IMG/VR virus record: IMGVR_UViG_3300033489_000018
Location: 1 to 45,407 of that record
DNA: 45,407 nucleotides
Reading direction: 5' to 3' (one strand)
Origin: a virus
Taxonomy: Duplodnaviria; Caudoviricetes
Positions 29,092-37,268 of this stretch are shown here, in pieces. Under the pieces are notes generated by a model. That model did not search any database and was not told the origin of the DNA. It saw only the letters and a list, made by a program, of their open reading frames with translations. The position numbers and the translations under genes were made by a program. Each line of letters opens with the position of its first letter. The stretch's first letter is position 1.

Positions 29092-29501
29092 TTTGAGTTG
29101 TCCTCCACCAGTAGTTCTTCGAAGATTTCCGAATCTTTTCCGGGGTCGATATGTTCAGCGGTTGCTCTATATCCCGAAGTAGACTGTTCTCCATTCGCAT
29201 TTCCCACCATAACTTGCGCTTGAGCCTTGATCCAATCCCCCATGACAGCCCTGGCCAAAGTCATACCATAAGGAACGTTCTGCCCATTTGCCCAGGCGGC
29301 CTTTGCCACACGGAATCTCTCTTGTGCTATGGTTGGGCCGTATTTCTCCACCCAACTACTTGGTGGGGATGTCATCTCCGGATCGATCTCTGCGAACGCT
29401 AGGGCGTGCCCCATTACCCTTGCGCTTTGCGACACGATGCCCGCCTGTATCTTCATTAGCTGTAGGTTTTTCGGCTTCGACAGTGCCTTTTTTTTCGTCA
29501 T
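29088..29501 (-). CDS. hypothetical protein (terminase small subunit candidate)
   Basis: Helical 137 aa upstream of terL; function inferred from position only. Confidence 0.45.
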   Translation of the reverse strand: MTKKKALSKPKNLQLMKIQAGIVSQSARVMGHALAFAEIDPEMTSPPSSWVEKYGPTIAQERFRVAKAAWANGQNVPYGMTLARAVMGDWIKAQAQVMVGNANGEQSTSGYRATAEHIDPGKDSEIFEELLVEDNSK

Positions 29502-29883
29502 ATAGTGTAACTCCCGGTAGGCATATGAAACACGTCGCGTCCATTTCCATATAACCTGCTTTTTTCAATATTCCCTTAACTCCCTTATATCTTACCAGCG
29601 CAATGATGCATTTACCAACTATCGCGGCATGAATCTTAAAACACTCGGCCATAAACAAGCTGGCTTTATACGCATCACGCGGATTTGCCGCCGGGTCGTA
29701 GGTAGCGCCTTCAGCAAAAATGAATGGGCCCTCGCTGTCATATAGTACGGTACCAGCGATGAGCTTCCCCTCATGTTCAATAAACACCACTGACTTGGAT
29801 ACGTATGGAGGGTGTGCCCCTCTCGCTTCGAACCACGAGCAAAACTTGGCCCATCTATCGGGGGTGTAATTAACTATTTGCAT
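29356..29883 (-). CDS. GNAT-fold-like protein
   Basis: Start MQIVNY; FIEHEGKLIAG..LY, ILKKAGY pattern. Confidence 0.45.
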   Translation of the reverse strand: MQIVNYTPDRWAKFCSWFEARGAHPPYVSKSVVFIEHEGKLIAGTVLYDSEGPFIFAEGATYDPAANPRDAYKASLFMAECFKIHAAIVGKCIIALVRYKGVKGILKKAGYMEMDATCFICLPGVTLYDEKKGTVEAEKPTANEDTGGHRVAKRKGNGARPSVRRDRSGDDIPTK

Positions 29884-29903
29884 AGACAACTTTCCGCCGC
29901 ATA

Positions 29904-30260
29904 TTGTTACGTATGCTAAGAGCACGGCCGTGGAAGAACACGAGATACACAGCACACGATGTAATGGAATATCTTGGGATAAGCAGACGCAAGCTATGCA
30001 AGCTTTTATCCATACTAGACATAAGCGTTGCTAAATACAAGAGTCCCGTATTTTCCCATGCGCAGGTTGAGAAAATCATGATAGCCCATCTCGTACTTGC
30101 GTCAAAACACGCTCGACGCGGCGACGTGAGATCGACCGTCAAACACATGATCAAGGAGCACCTCGCTTCGGCACTGATTTCCGACACCTATGTAGAGAAT
30201 AAAGTTCTAGTAGCGTGTAAGGCGCGGTCTGTTTACCGCAGATGGCAAAACCGGCAATAA
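29904..30260 (+). CDS. putative HTH DNA-binding protein (MerR/excisionase-like N-terminus)
   Basis: YTAHDVMEYLGISRRKL. Confidence 0.5.
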   Translation: MLRMLRARPWKNTRYTAHDVMEYLGISRRKLCKLLSILDISVAKYKSPVFSHAQVEKIMIAHLVLASKHARRGDVRSTVKHMIKEHLASALISDTYVENKVLVACKARSVYRRWQNRQ

Positions 30261-30399
30261 AAAACACTTCGCCGTTAGGATTGGGATTGGGGTCGATTAC
30301 AACAAGCTTGGTAGGGGTCCTTACCACCTCCGTTTGTTCACCACACAACCGGCAGCGAGTCTTCCTACGACCAGGTGTCAGGTTTATCTCCGATTTCAT
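30151..30399 (-). CDS. Zn-ribbon-like hypothetical protein
   Basis: CRLCG..DPNPNPNG..LH.C; start MKSEI. Confidence 0.6.
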   Translation of the reverse strand: MKSEINLTPGRRKTRCRLCGEQTEVVRTPTKLVVIDPNPNPNGEVFFIAGFAICGKQTAPYTLLELYSLHRCRKSVPKRGAP

Positions 30400-30403
30400 A
30401 ACG

Positions 30404-30634
30404 CTACTTTTCTTTCTCGATTTCCATCTGAAAACCAAGGGTGTTTTTAGTGCGGGCGCCACATTCGTGTATTCTATAGCCGCGCGACGCTCCTATCACC
30501 GTAGCCTTGTCTTCCATGGATATCTGGTAAACGGATGCCGACATGTAATCGAATGCTACCTTTTCTCCGTTGTGTTCCGCATACCTTATTCTGGCTCCAC
30601 AAGAACACTTCGACTCGGTTTCACTGAACTTCAT
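30404..30634 (-). CDS. Zn-ribbon-like hypothetical protein
   Basis: CSCGA..HEC. Confidence 0.65.
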   Translation of the reverse strand: MKFSETESKCSCGARIRYAEHNGEKVAFDYMSASVYQISMEDKATVIGASRGYRIHECGARTKNTLGFQMEIEKEK

Positions 30635-30641
30635 TTTTTAT

Positions 30642-30857
30642 TCACTTCCCGTTTAGAATCCATTGGGCATCATCTAAACGTTCACTCGCTAAAACCGCCC
30701 ATTGCTCTACACAACCAGCGCATTTAGATTTATATCCTTCTCCCGCTACCAGGTATTTACATTGCCTATCGAATCCATTCGAATCGGATGGGCATCGGTG
30801 ACCGCCATCAGCTACTACCCACTCTGCTAGAATTCTCAACGGTGTTATGTCGCTCAT
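30642..30857 (-). CDS. small Cys-containing hypothetical protein
   Basis: aggagg SD; CP..C..CAGC. Confidence 0.7.
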   Translation of the reverse strand: MSDITPLRILAEWVVADGGHRCPSDSNGFDRQCKYLVAGEGYKSKCAGCVEQWAVLASERLDDAQWILNGK

Positions 30858-30875
30858 TTTCCTCCTAACTAGCGA

Positions 30876-31103
30876 TTACTGCTCTATCAAAAATAGTTCG
30901 CTCACTTCGTTTTTGATACATTTCTTGCAACGCTTTTGTAACATGCGTGTAGAAGATACTTTTCTAAAATACAAACCACACCAATATCTTTCCGGAAAAC
31001 ATCTCGGAGGGAGATTGGTATATTTGAGATATCTGCATCCGTTACAGTGAGTATCGCTACATACTATGTCAATTTTAACTTGTCTTTTTCTAGCACGGCT
31101 CAT
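30876..31103 (-). CDS. small Cys-rich protein
   Basis: Start MSRARK with ATGA overlap; CNGCRY..WCGLY..RCKKC. Confidence 0.65.
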   Translation of the reverse strand: MSRARKRQVKIDIVCSDTHCNGCRYLKYTNLPPRCFPERYWCGLYFRKVSSTRMLQKRCKKCIKNEVSELFLIEQ

Positions 31104-31624
31104 CTCGCCTCGCTCGCTTTGATTCGTTTTGGCGGTATCGCCCAAAAATAATTTGACCATCGCATAACAAGCACCCACCCCGCCCGAAGCGCTCGGTTGG
31201 TATCCATTGACCCTCCAAAATGATCCGCGCTCGGTAAAGGGTCCGGAATGTTTCCGGCAAGGAACTCATCTGCAAATACCTCGTATAGTTTCCACCATTC
31301 CGGATCGCCATGCAGCGGCTTATCAAACGTACTATCCCTAATTGCCCTGGCTCTAGCACTGTCGGCTCGGAACACGCTGCAATAGCGCGTCATGATGGCA
31401 TCCATAGACTTCCCCTGTCGCTCGGACTGCTTTCGCAGCACATGGACGATAGCGGCCGGTTCGAGGGGGTGAGGACACTGGTCGCATTCGGCTCGGATGC
31501 ATTGCACCAAGTGAAGCGCGGTCTTGTCCTGGCCTTCAACGATACGGCATATCAATCCGATAGATATACATACGGCAATCAATAGCCATATCAACATCAA
31601 CCACGGATTATCGAAGATTTTCAT
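31100..31624 (-). CDS. SleB/Hydrolase_2-like cell-wall hydrolase with N-terminal TM helix
   Basis: CIRAE (catalytic Glu-like), AAIVHVL, G..PDP..ADHF, NYFW; start MKIFDN at 31624. Confidence 0.55.
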   Translation of the reverse strand: MKIFDNPWLMLIWLLIAVCISIGLICRIVEGQDKTALHLVQCIRAECDQCPHPLEPAAIVHVLRKQSERQGKSMDAIMTRYCSVFRADSARARAIRDSTFDKPLHGDPEWWKLYEVFADEFLAGNIPDPLPSADHFGGSMDTNRALRAGWVLVMRWSNYFWAIPPKRIKASEAR

Positions 31625-31836
31625 GGCTTGCCTAGCCTCAGGCATTCTTTGGTTTTTAATAGCGACCAGTCCGGACCCACACGTATTACTTCCGGTAGCA
31701 TGCCTAATACTCTCGGCAATAAACAGAACGGCTTGTCGGATCCCGCTAGTGTCTTTTTCATCGACACCCATTGGCACGTTTTATCACCGGACTTACAGCT
31801 CACCGGATCATCGCTGATTTCTATTTCTATTTTCAT
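31621..31836 (-). CDS. small Cys-rich protein (paralog of 4636-4851)
   Basis: IEISDDP..C..C..CLL..CL. Confidence 0.75.
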   Translation of the reverse strand: MKIEIEISDDPVSCKSGDKTCQWVSMKKTLAGSDKPFCLLPRVLGMLPEVIRVGPDWSLLKTKECLRLGKP

Positions 31837-31837
31837 T

Positions 31838-32098
31838 TCAATACACCTCTAATGTTTTTTCCCACAACTCTATAAGCTTTTTATTCATTCTATCAACCTC
31901 TTTCCGTAGGTCTTTGTTTTCTTTCACGAGTAGATTGATCTCGGATGTTTTGATGCGATCCTTCATCAGTATTTCATCAATCCGCGCGACAGCGCGTTTC
32001 GCCGTATCTTCCGCATTCTCAGGTCCATCCGCGCCGATAGCTTCTATTAATATTTGCGCTATCGTTCTACACCTATTTTCCGCTGTATTGTTTTTCAT
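31838..32098 (-). CDS. coiled-coil hypothetical protein
   Basis: Coupled ORF; IGADGPENA motif. Confidence 0.7.
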   Translation of the reverse strand: MKNNTAENRCRTIAQILIEAIGADGPENAEDTAKRAVARIDEILMKDRIKTSEINLLVKENKDLRKEVDRMNKKLIELWEKTLEVY

Positions 32099-32316
32099 GT
32101 TCTCACCAATCCCGGTTTGATGCCTTTCTTCATTATCGTTTCGGTTCCGAGGATATCTCGCAACCGCTTGATTGCAACGGCGGTTTGTTGTAGATCAATA
32201 TTGCCGTGGTTGATTGCACGCTCGATATCGACTAATAACGCTAGCATGAACGCGTGCTCCTTTTCCAATCGCTGAATACGGTCAGCGTCTACTACCTCAA
32301 AAGATTCTATGTTCAT
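32095..32316 (-). CDS. hypothetical protein
   Basis: Coupled ORF. Confidence 0.6.
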   Translation of the reverse strand: MNIESFEVVDADRIQRLEKEHAFMLALLVDIERAINHGNIDLQQTAVAIKRLRDILGTETIMKKGIKPGLVRT

Positions 32317-32322
32317 CTGTAC

Positions 32323-32850
32323 TTATCCTATGGCGTATGTATTATAACCGTATTTGGCTATCAATACCGCTTCCGCTACATTGTGATCGGCGACGGTTTG
32401 CCTAGTCTCTTTAGATGCTATGGCTATCGCCAGTTTCTTCGCCTGCTCTTTAGGCATCCCATTCAATCCAAATGGTTTGCGCCACGTTCGTACAGGAACT
32501 TTAATGAGGTTATACCCCTGGGGCTCAAACCGTTCGATTTCTTGTAGCCATTTGCCGCGCTCCTCACCCATTGCCAAAACGGATTTCGTTCCCATGCGCT
32601 TCCCATTTGGCAGGTATAGCGAAGTCCAATCCTCCATAACGATAAGAAGTTTTCTACCATCGTAGGTTTCGGTTCCAAAAATATCTTGGAAAGCCAGGTG
32701 TACAACCATCCTACGCTCGCTAGCTGTCTCTACGCGTTCCAACTGCCAACAACCGCTAGCCAATAAAGCCGTTCCGCTGATGCGACCTGAATCAATTCCT
32801 AATACAGCTGTGTAATCTTTACGCTTGTATTTATCTGGTTTTGTTTTCAT
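32323..32850 (-). CDS. RuvC-like Holliday junction resolvase
   Basis: VLGIDSG, VMED, WRK, K..A, DHNVAEAVLIA. Confidence 0.75.
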   Translation of the reverse strand: MKTKPDKYKRKDYTAVLGIDSGRISGTALLASGCWQLERVETASERRMVVHLAFQDIFGTETYDGRKLLIVMEDWTSLYLPNGKRMGTKSVLAMGEERGKWLQEIERFEPQGYNLIKVPVRTWRKPFGLNGMPKEQAKKLAIAIASKETRQTVADHNVAEAVLIAKYGYNTYAIG

Positions 32851-33461
32851 AGCGCCTTACCTCCATGCCGAATCTCGCGGGTTTTGTTGTAGGCCATTTT
32901 CTTTTGGATAGCTTCTTCGAAAGGTTCCCACGATTTATTCATAATATGATAGGCATAGAAACAAATCATTTCCGTGAATAGCGCCAATTGTGTTTCCACC
33001 CCATGCATATCATTTCTGCGAAGGTGTTCTACGGTGTCCGAAACCATGTTATGCGCCATGCAGAGCGTATCGGGCGAACTGCCTCCATACTCTAACAACA
33101 CGTCCACCGGCGTGCCTATTTTCATACCCAAACGCTCCCTAAGGTCTAAGGCACGAAACAATACATCTGCTAATTCAACAATCACTCCTTCTGGTTTATC
33201 TGGATTATCTGGTTTGTAATACAGACTATAATGTCCATACGACCACTCGTTATATGCCTCTGAAATCTCCGAGTGGATCAACGCGAGCTTAGCCGCGAGG
33301 ATGTCGGGACATGGATCTTCTGGAGTTAATGCGCCGCCATAACGAGACATCTTTTCTTTCCAATAATCATATTTCCACCACCATTCAAGGTCGATAGCTG
33401 TTTGATGTACTTCGACCGCTAGCTTTTTTAGGTTTGTATTCACCGGCACATCTCCTTCCAA
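32847..33461 (-). CDS. MazG-like nucleotide pyrophosphohydrolase
   Basis: LALIHSEISEA, KPEG..ELADVLFR, KMAYNKTR..RHGGK. Confidence 0.8.
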   Translation of the reverse strand: MEGDVPVNTNLKKLAVEVHQTAIDLEWWWKYDYWKEKMSRYGGALTPEDPCPDILAAKLALIHSEISEAYNEWSYGHYSLYYKPDNPDKPEGVIVELADVLFRALDLRERLGMKIGTPVDVLLEYGGSSPDTLCMAHNMVSDTVEHLRRNDMHGVETQLALFTEMICFYAYHIMNKSWEPFEEAIQKKMAYNKTREIRHGGKAL

Positions 33462-33730
33462 AGCCGGCGTATTTTAATAACCTGTTTTTTATCAACGATC
33501 CATCCAGATTTACCAAGGAAATACATCGCGTAGTCAACATTCACAGCGTTGACCGCTTCATCAAGATCGCTTCTAAGAAATTCCGGACGATACTCTCCGT
33601 TATCCACATAGTCATAAACGAATACAGCGTTATATATTTCGATAGCCTCCTCAATAGTAGGAGTCCGGTGGGCTTTCACCACACGGGGAGCAGCGCTGCG
33701 GCTTGATTTGTCGGTTTTACTTTCAATCAC
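33440..33730 (-). CDS. hypothetical protein
   Basis: aggag SD and GTG start. Confidence 0.6.
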   Translation of the reverse strand: MIESKTDKSSRSAAPRVVKAHRTPTIEEAIEIYNAVFVYDYVDNGEYRPEFLRSDLDEAVNAVNVDYAMYFLGKSGWIVDKKQVIKIRRLWKEMCR

Positions 33731-33818
33731 TCTACAGCTCCTATTTAAAACTGAGGCTTGTTATTGTCGTACCATCTTTATTTTTGCTGCTCTCGGGAAC
33801 CATTCTCTCGGACTCCGG

Positions 33819-33902
33819 TGGGCGGTGCTGGATTTGAACCAGCGTATGGTTTTCACAAATAGGTTTACAGCCTATCTCCTTTACCCGCTTGGATAACCGC
33901 CC
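33819..33902 (-). tRNA. tRNA-Tyr (GTA), long variable arm, CCA not encoded
   Basis: GGGCGGT/ACCGCCC acceptor, ATAGG-CTGTAAA-CCTAT anticodon arm, GCTGG-TTCAAAT-CCAGC T arm, discriminator A. Confidence 0.9.
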
Positions 33903-33919
33903 GTTATGCGACACCACTT

Positions 33920-34603
33920 TCACATGATATCCTTAACTCTGCGTTGTATTGCTCCCGTAGACACGAACGGTATTTCGAAGCGAGCAGTAGGATCGGTTCT
34001 AAGCAGCTTCCTCCATGCCTTGAATTCGGGCTTATGCCTAGGCGGTATCACCCAACTACCGCCCGATCCACCAAGCGGTCGACCTCCACCGATGAATTCC
34101 CGAAGGTAGGGGTTTTTCGTCGTATGGCCTGGCACCGTATGGGCAAGAACTCTACAATCCACGGCTCCGACACGACACAGCTCGTCTCTAAGTCTATCGG
34201 CGAAGCCTCCGTCACCTCCCAGTGGTTCGGTTTCATCCTGCTTTTTTTTTCCAATTGTGCCACCGGTCGAACAGCAGTAGAGCCCGACAACGACGGATGT
34301 ATCTTGGAGGTTTGTTCCTATACTGTGTGCCACAGCACATACATCTGACAACGATATCCCCAACTGAATGCCACTCTCCCATCCGTGGCAAAAGAAGAAC
34401 ACCCCGGTAAGCCCCCACATATCCACATCGTCTAAGACGTGACGTCTCATTTCACGCTTGCTTTTATGGTTATCTATTATCCTAAGGCATTCCGAATCTA
34501 TGTGATGTAGTTTGCGGAAGGCTTCTGCCTCGCGCATGAATTCGGCTGCATCGGATTTTTTCGTATTGTGCATAGGCACGAATATCATGATGTCTTTACG
34601 CAT
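33920..34603 (-). CDS. DUF4347/clan CD peptidase-like protein
   Basis: FFFCHG and VGLYCCSTG strands with a His/Cys pair, followed by GFADRL. Confidence 0.5.
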   Translation of the reverse strand: MRKDIMIFVPMHNTKKSDAAEFMREAEAFRKLHHIDSECLRIIDNHKSKREMRRHVLDDVDMWGLTGVFFFCHGWESGIQLGISLSDVCAVAHSIGTNLQDTSVVVGLYCCSTGGTIGKKKQDETEPLGGDGGFADRLRDELCRVGAVDCRVLAHTVPGHTTKNPYLREFIGGGRPLGGSGGSWVIPPRHKPEFKAWRKLLRTDPTARFEIPFVSTGAIQRRVKDIM

Positions 34604-34793
34604 CTATCCTCCTTGAAAAGCGTGTCATTTCCCGGCATTTGTCACAGCTGAAGTATTCGCGTTCCTCATCGCTCATGGCCAGCCAGATCACATCCATCTC
34701 ATCTCTGATATACTCCGCCGCCAAGTTGCCCTCAGCTTCTAGCTTCTTGACGAGTTTTTCTCTGTCCACGTATCGTTTTACCGTTGGGGTCAT
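34596..34793 (-). CDS. hypothetical protein
   Basis: ORF coupled to the next gene. Confidence 0.65.
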   Translation of the reverse strand: MTPTVKRYVDREKLVKKLEAEGNLAAEYIRDEMDVIWLAMSDEEREYFSCDKCREMTRFSRRIDA

Positions 34794-35001
34794 TCTGGCC
34801 TTAATAATGCGGAGCTGAATGGCGACAGTAGGCGGTTTGGTTTCGCTTTAGGAGAACGTGCTCTGAAGATACGCTGATAATTGTGGGACAATTGTTGGTT
34901 TTGCTTTCCATCGCCATCCGGCTCCGTAAGTAAGTAGTAGCGGATTAGTAATATCAACGCAACTTATATCGACATAGCAGCGAAATAAATATTACCTGGC
35001 A

Positions 35002-35029
35002 TTGACAATTGGCGGATTAGTAATAAGAT
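35002..35029 (+). promoter_or_regulatory. sigma70-type promoter overlapped by an operator-like motif
   Basis: TTGACA-16 nt-TAAGAT; gcggattagtaata repeated at 34940 and 35012. Confidence 0.6.
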
Positions 35030-35036
35030 TTGGGTT

Positions 35037-35399
35037 ATGGAAGACGAAACATTAGAAAACGAACCAACGCTAATAATCCACTTCGGTGTACCAACAAGTA
35101 TAAAAAGCACTTCTCTTCGATGCTCTTGCTGTATCCACTGCGAAGACATTACTGACAAACTGAATACCAGTAGGGGACCCAAGAGAAAAATCGGTAGATG
35201 CTTAAAAGCTCCCCCCAGTATCTCTAAGGAGGATACTCTTGTTTGGTCTGACGACTGTTATTGCGGAGAGTTCAAACTAGTAGAAAAACCGCGTAGGATG
35301 CTTACTGACAGAGAAAGGGAGGCATGGTTCAGAAACGTGGGAGCGGCAGGCAAATGCGATCCTTCTAGGGACAAAATGGACCCGCCAAAGTATTGGTAG
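35037..35399 (+). CDS. Cys-rich hypothetical protein
   Basis: CxxCxxC..GRC...PP..DCYCGEF pattern. Confidence 0.7.
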   Translation: MEDETLENEPTLIIHFGVPTSIKSTSLRCSCCIHCEDITDKLNTSRGPKRKIGRCLKAPPSISKEDTLVWSDDCYCGEFKLVEKPRRMLTDREREAWFRNVGAAGKCDPSRDKMDPPKYW

Positions 35400-35407
35400 G
35401 AGTAAGC

Positions 35408-35845
35408 ATGGAAGACAAAACAGCAATCTACAAATGGGTCATGATATTCGGAACGCGAAGTAGCGAAGGCGGCGAGTTTCACTACCAAATTCACCGCGAA
35501 GATATCAAGGAAAACGGGTTGTATGACGACTTCGATTCCGCCTACAAAGCTGCTTTCGACAAACTGCGTGACAACCCCAGCCTGCTAAGAGAGCACTATC
35601 AGACGGTGCTCATCGGAGAGATCGACACCAATTACTTCAGGCACGAATGTTCTCACCCGTGTCGTCTAAAGCATCCAACGACAAGAATATCGTTCAGGAG
35701 GATTACGGTCCGAGATCCGTATGGTAGGGGCGGTAAAGCGGATGATGTCATGATAGATCTCAACGGCTTTCTCGGTTTCGCGGGAGACGAGTTTATTACC
35801 CCTCGAATAACCGTAGCGGAGATTTTAAAGAAAGAAGCGATATGA
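35408..35845 (+). CDS. hypothetical protein
   Basis: aggag SD and ATG 35408. Confidence 0.7.
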   Translation: MEDKTAIYKWVMIFGTRSSEGGEFHYQIHREDIKENGLYDDFDSAYKAAFDKLRDNPSLLREHYQTVLIGEIDTNYFRHECSHPCRLKHPTTRISFRRITVRDPYGRGGKADDVMIDLNGFLGFAGDEFITPRITVAEILKKEAI

Positions 35846-36078
35846 AATACGAACCAAACCGTTTATTGATATCCTGCGCCGATGTCATACAAAAGACGGC
35901 CGCGGTGATTGCGTCAACCGACGACACTGACGAAACGCTCCCAGACAAACGTGCGCTTTTAGACGCCATCTACACACATCTGCTTGTTCTGAACGATGCC
36001 AAGGGTGCTTTGCAAATAGAGATTATGAGGCTCTATTACAAGCGCGGAAAGTCCGATAATGCCGAAACTAACCGATAA
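35842..36078 (+). CDS. hypothetical protein
   Basis: ATGA overlap. Confidence 0.65.
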   Translation: MKYEPNRLLISCADVIQKTAAVIASTDDTDETLPDKRALLDAIYTHLLVLNDAKGALQIEIMRLYYKRGKSDNAETNR

Positions 36079-36253
36079 TCACCGAAAGAAGTTTTTAGCC
36101 CTGCGCAAGTCGCAGAACGTAACGCAGCGTGAGGCGGCAGAGTCCGTAGGATGTTCGCAGACGTCGATCTCGTTGTTCGAACGCGGGCTATTGGATTTCG
36201 GGGAAGCGAAGTCCGCCATGGTGTTAGAAATACTTTCTGACGAAATTAACTAG
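36059..36253 (+). CDS. XRE/Cro-family HTH regulator
   Basis: LRKSQNVTQREAAESVGCSQTSISLFERG. Confidence 0.88.
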   Translation: MPKLTDNHRKKFLALRKSQNVTQREAAESVGCSQTSISLFERGLLDFGEAKSAMVLEILSDEIN

Positions 36254-36260
36254 GACCGCT

Positions 36261-36333
36261 GGTATCGTAACTTAACAGGTATAGCACCCGCCCTGTAAGC
36301 GGGATCATCTCGGTTCGAATCCGAGCGATACCT
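36261..36333 (+). tRNA. tRNA-Thr(TGT)-like, degenerate (C33, weak D stem)
   Basis: GGTATCG/CGATACC acceptor, CCCGC-CCTGTAA-GCGGG, CTCGG-TTCGAAT-CCGAG. Confidence 0.7.
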
Positions 36334-36522
36334 CCCTACCTCGCCCCAATACTTTGTATCACGTGGCCACAAATGATACGCTCGGAAACGGCAAGACGGA
36401 AGCTATGGCTCGCCGTTTTGTTCAGTGGTCTTTGCTTTTTTCAAAGCCGCTAACTCGCGCTTTATACCAGCTAAAAAGTCCTGTAAATATCTCAGCATTT
36501 CAGCGGGCGTACTTGTCATGGC

Positions 36523-36951
36523 TCAATCTTTCTCCGGAAGATACGCCGTAACGTAGCAGGCTGTTTCAGCCAAGGCCGCCAACTCATCGATTGACATCTC
36601 CTTAAGCTCAGCGTCCGAAGCGTTAATGAGTTTAGCACGCTGGGCCTCGCGGTATTTGCGAACCCGTTCTGGTTTTGACCTTTTCCGTTCTAATTTCATT
36701 GCTAAAATAGCTAAAACCTCGGCTTCGGTTAGGAGATCGTCGTCCGAAACCTCAATGGTTTCAGCAGCATGCTGGGCAAAAACGGAATCCATAACCTCTT
36801 GCGCCAACTCCTCACCACCTATTTCGCGTGCTAAGTCAGCCAACATGGGAATCGACTTACCCGGAGCAGTAGAACCCGTTTCTTGCGCGGTTTCATCGTC
36901 AAGCCCTTTGAACGTGGTACCCCATCCAGAAGATGAAAATTTGCTTGTCAT
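36523..36951 (-). CDS. acidic hypothetical protein
   Basis: ATGA coupling to the upstream gene. Confidence 0.7.
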   Translation of the reverse strand: MTSKFSSSGWGTTFKGLDDETAQETGSTAPGKSIPMLADLAREIGGEELAQEVMDSVFAQHAAETIEVSDDDLLTEAEVLAILAMKLERKRSKPERVRKYREAQRAKLINASDAELKEMSIDELAALAETACYVTAYLPEKD

Positions 36952-37009
36952 GACGCCTCGCCTTCCGGGAGATCTGCGTCCGAAACGTCAATGGTTTCAG
37001 CAGCATGCT
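36732..37009. repeat. 42-bp direct repeat (36732-36773 and 36968-37009), 3 mismatches
   Basis: ggagatc..cgtccgaaac.tcaatggtttcagcagcatgct. Confidence 0.9.
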
Positions 37010-37268
37010 TGGCTTCTCGGGGTTTTCGTAACCGTTCCCATAACACGTCTCGTTGTTCCGGTGTCAAAGGTCTTGATTTTCGAGCCTTGTTCCCAACTGC
37101 CCTGGGATCTTTTTCAAGCCACTTCAAATCCGGCGCTTGCTTCCTATATAGCTTCCAGGAGTACAGAGAACACTTTGTGTTGCCGCAATCAGATTTACCA
37201 TCTACGTATCCGCCCATACAATCGTGGCATTTGGCTAAAATAGCGTTGTTTTGTGTAGGTTTTGCCAT
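36948..37268 (-). CDS. Zn-binding hypothetical protein
   Basis: AILAKCHDC..C....C.LY; aaggtg SD. Confidence 0.75.
   Translation of the reverse strand: MAKPTQNNAILAKCHDCMGGYVDGKSDCGNTKCSLYSWKLYRKQAPDLKWLEKDPRAVGNKARKSRPLTPEQRDVLWERLRKPREAKHAAETIDVSDADLPEGEAS

Noticed and set aside
33741-33923. 60-aa ORF
   Set aside because: Overlaps the well-formed tRNA-Tyr
34233-34252. A_AAA_AAG slippery site in 33920-34603
   Set aside because: The -1 frame stops after about two codons, and I see no clear stimulatory structure
33819-36333. tRNAs as attachment sites of an integrated element
   Set aside because: No duplicated tRNA 3' end and no integrase found
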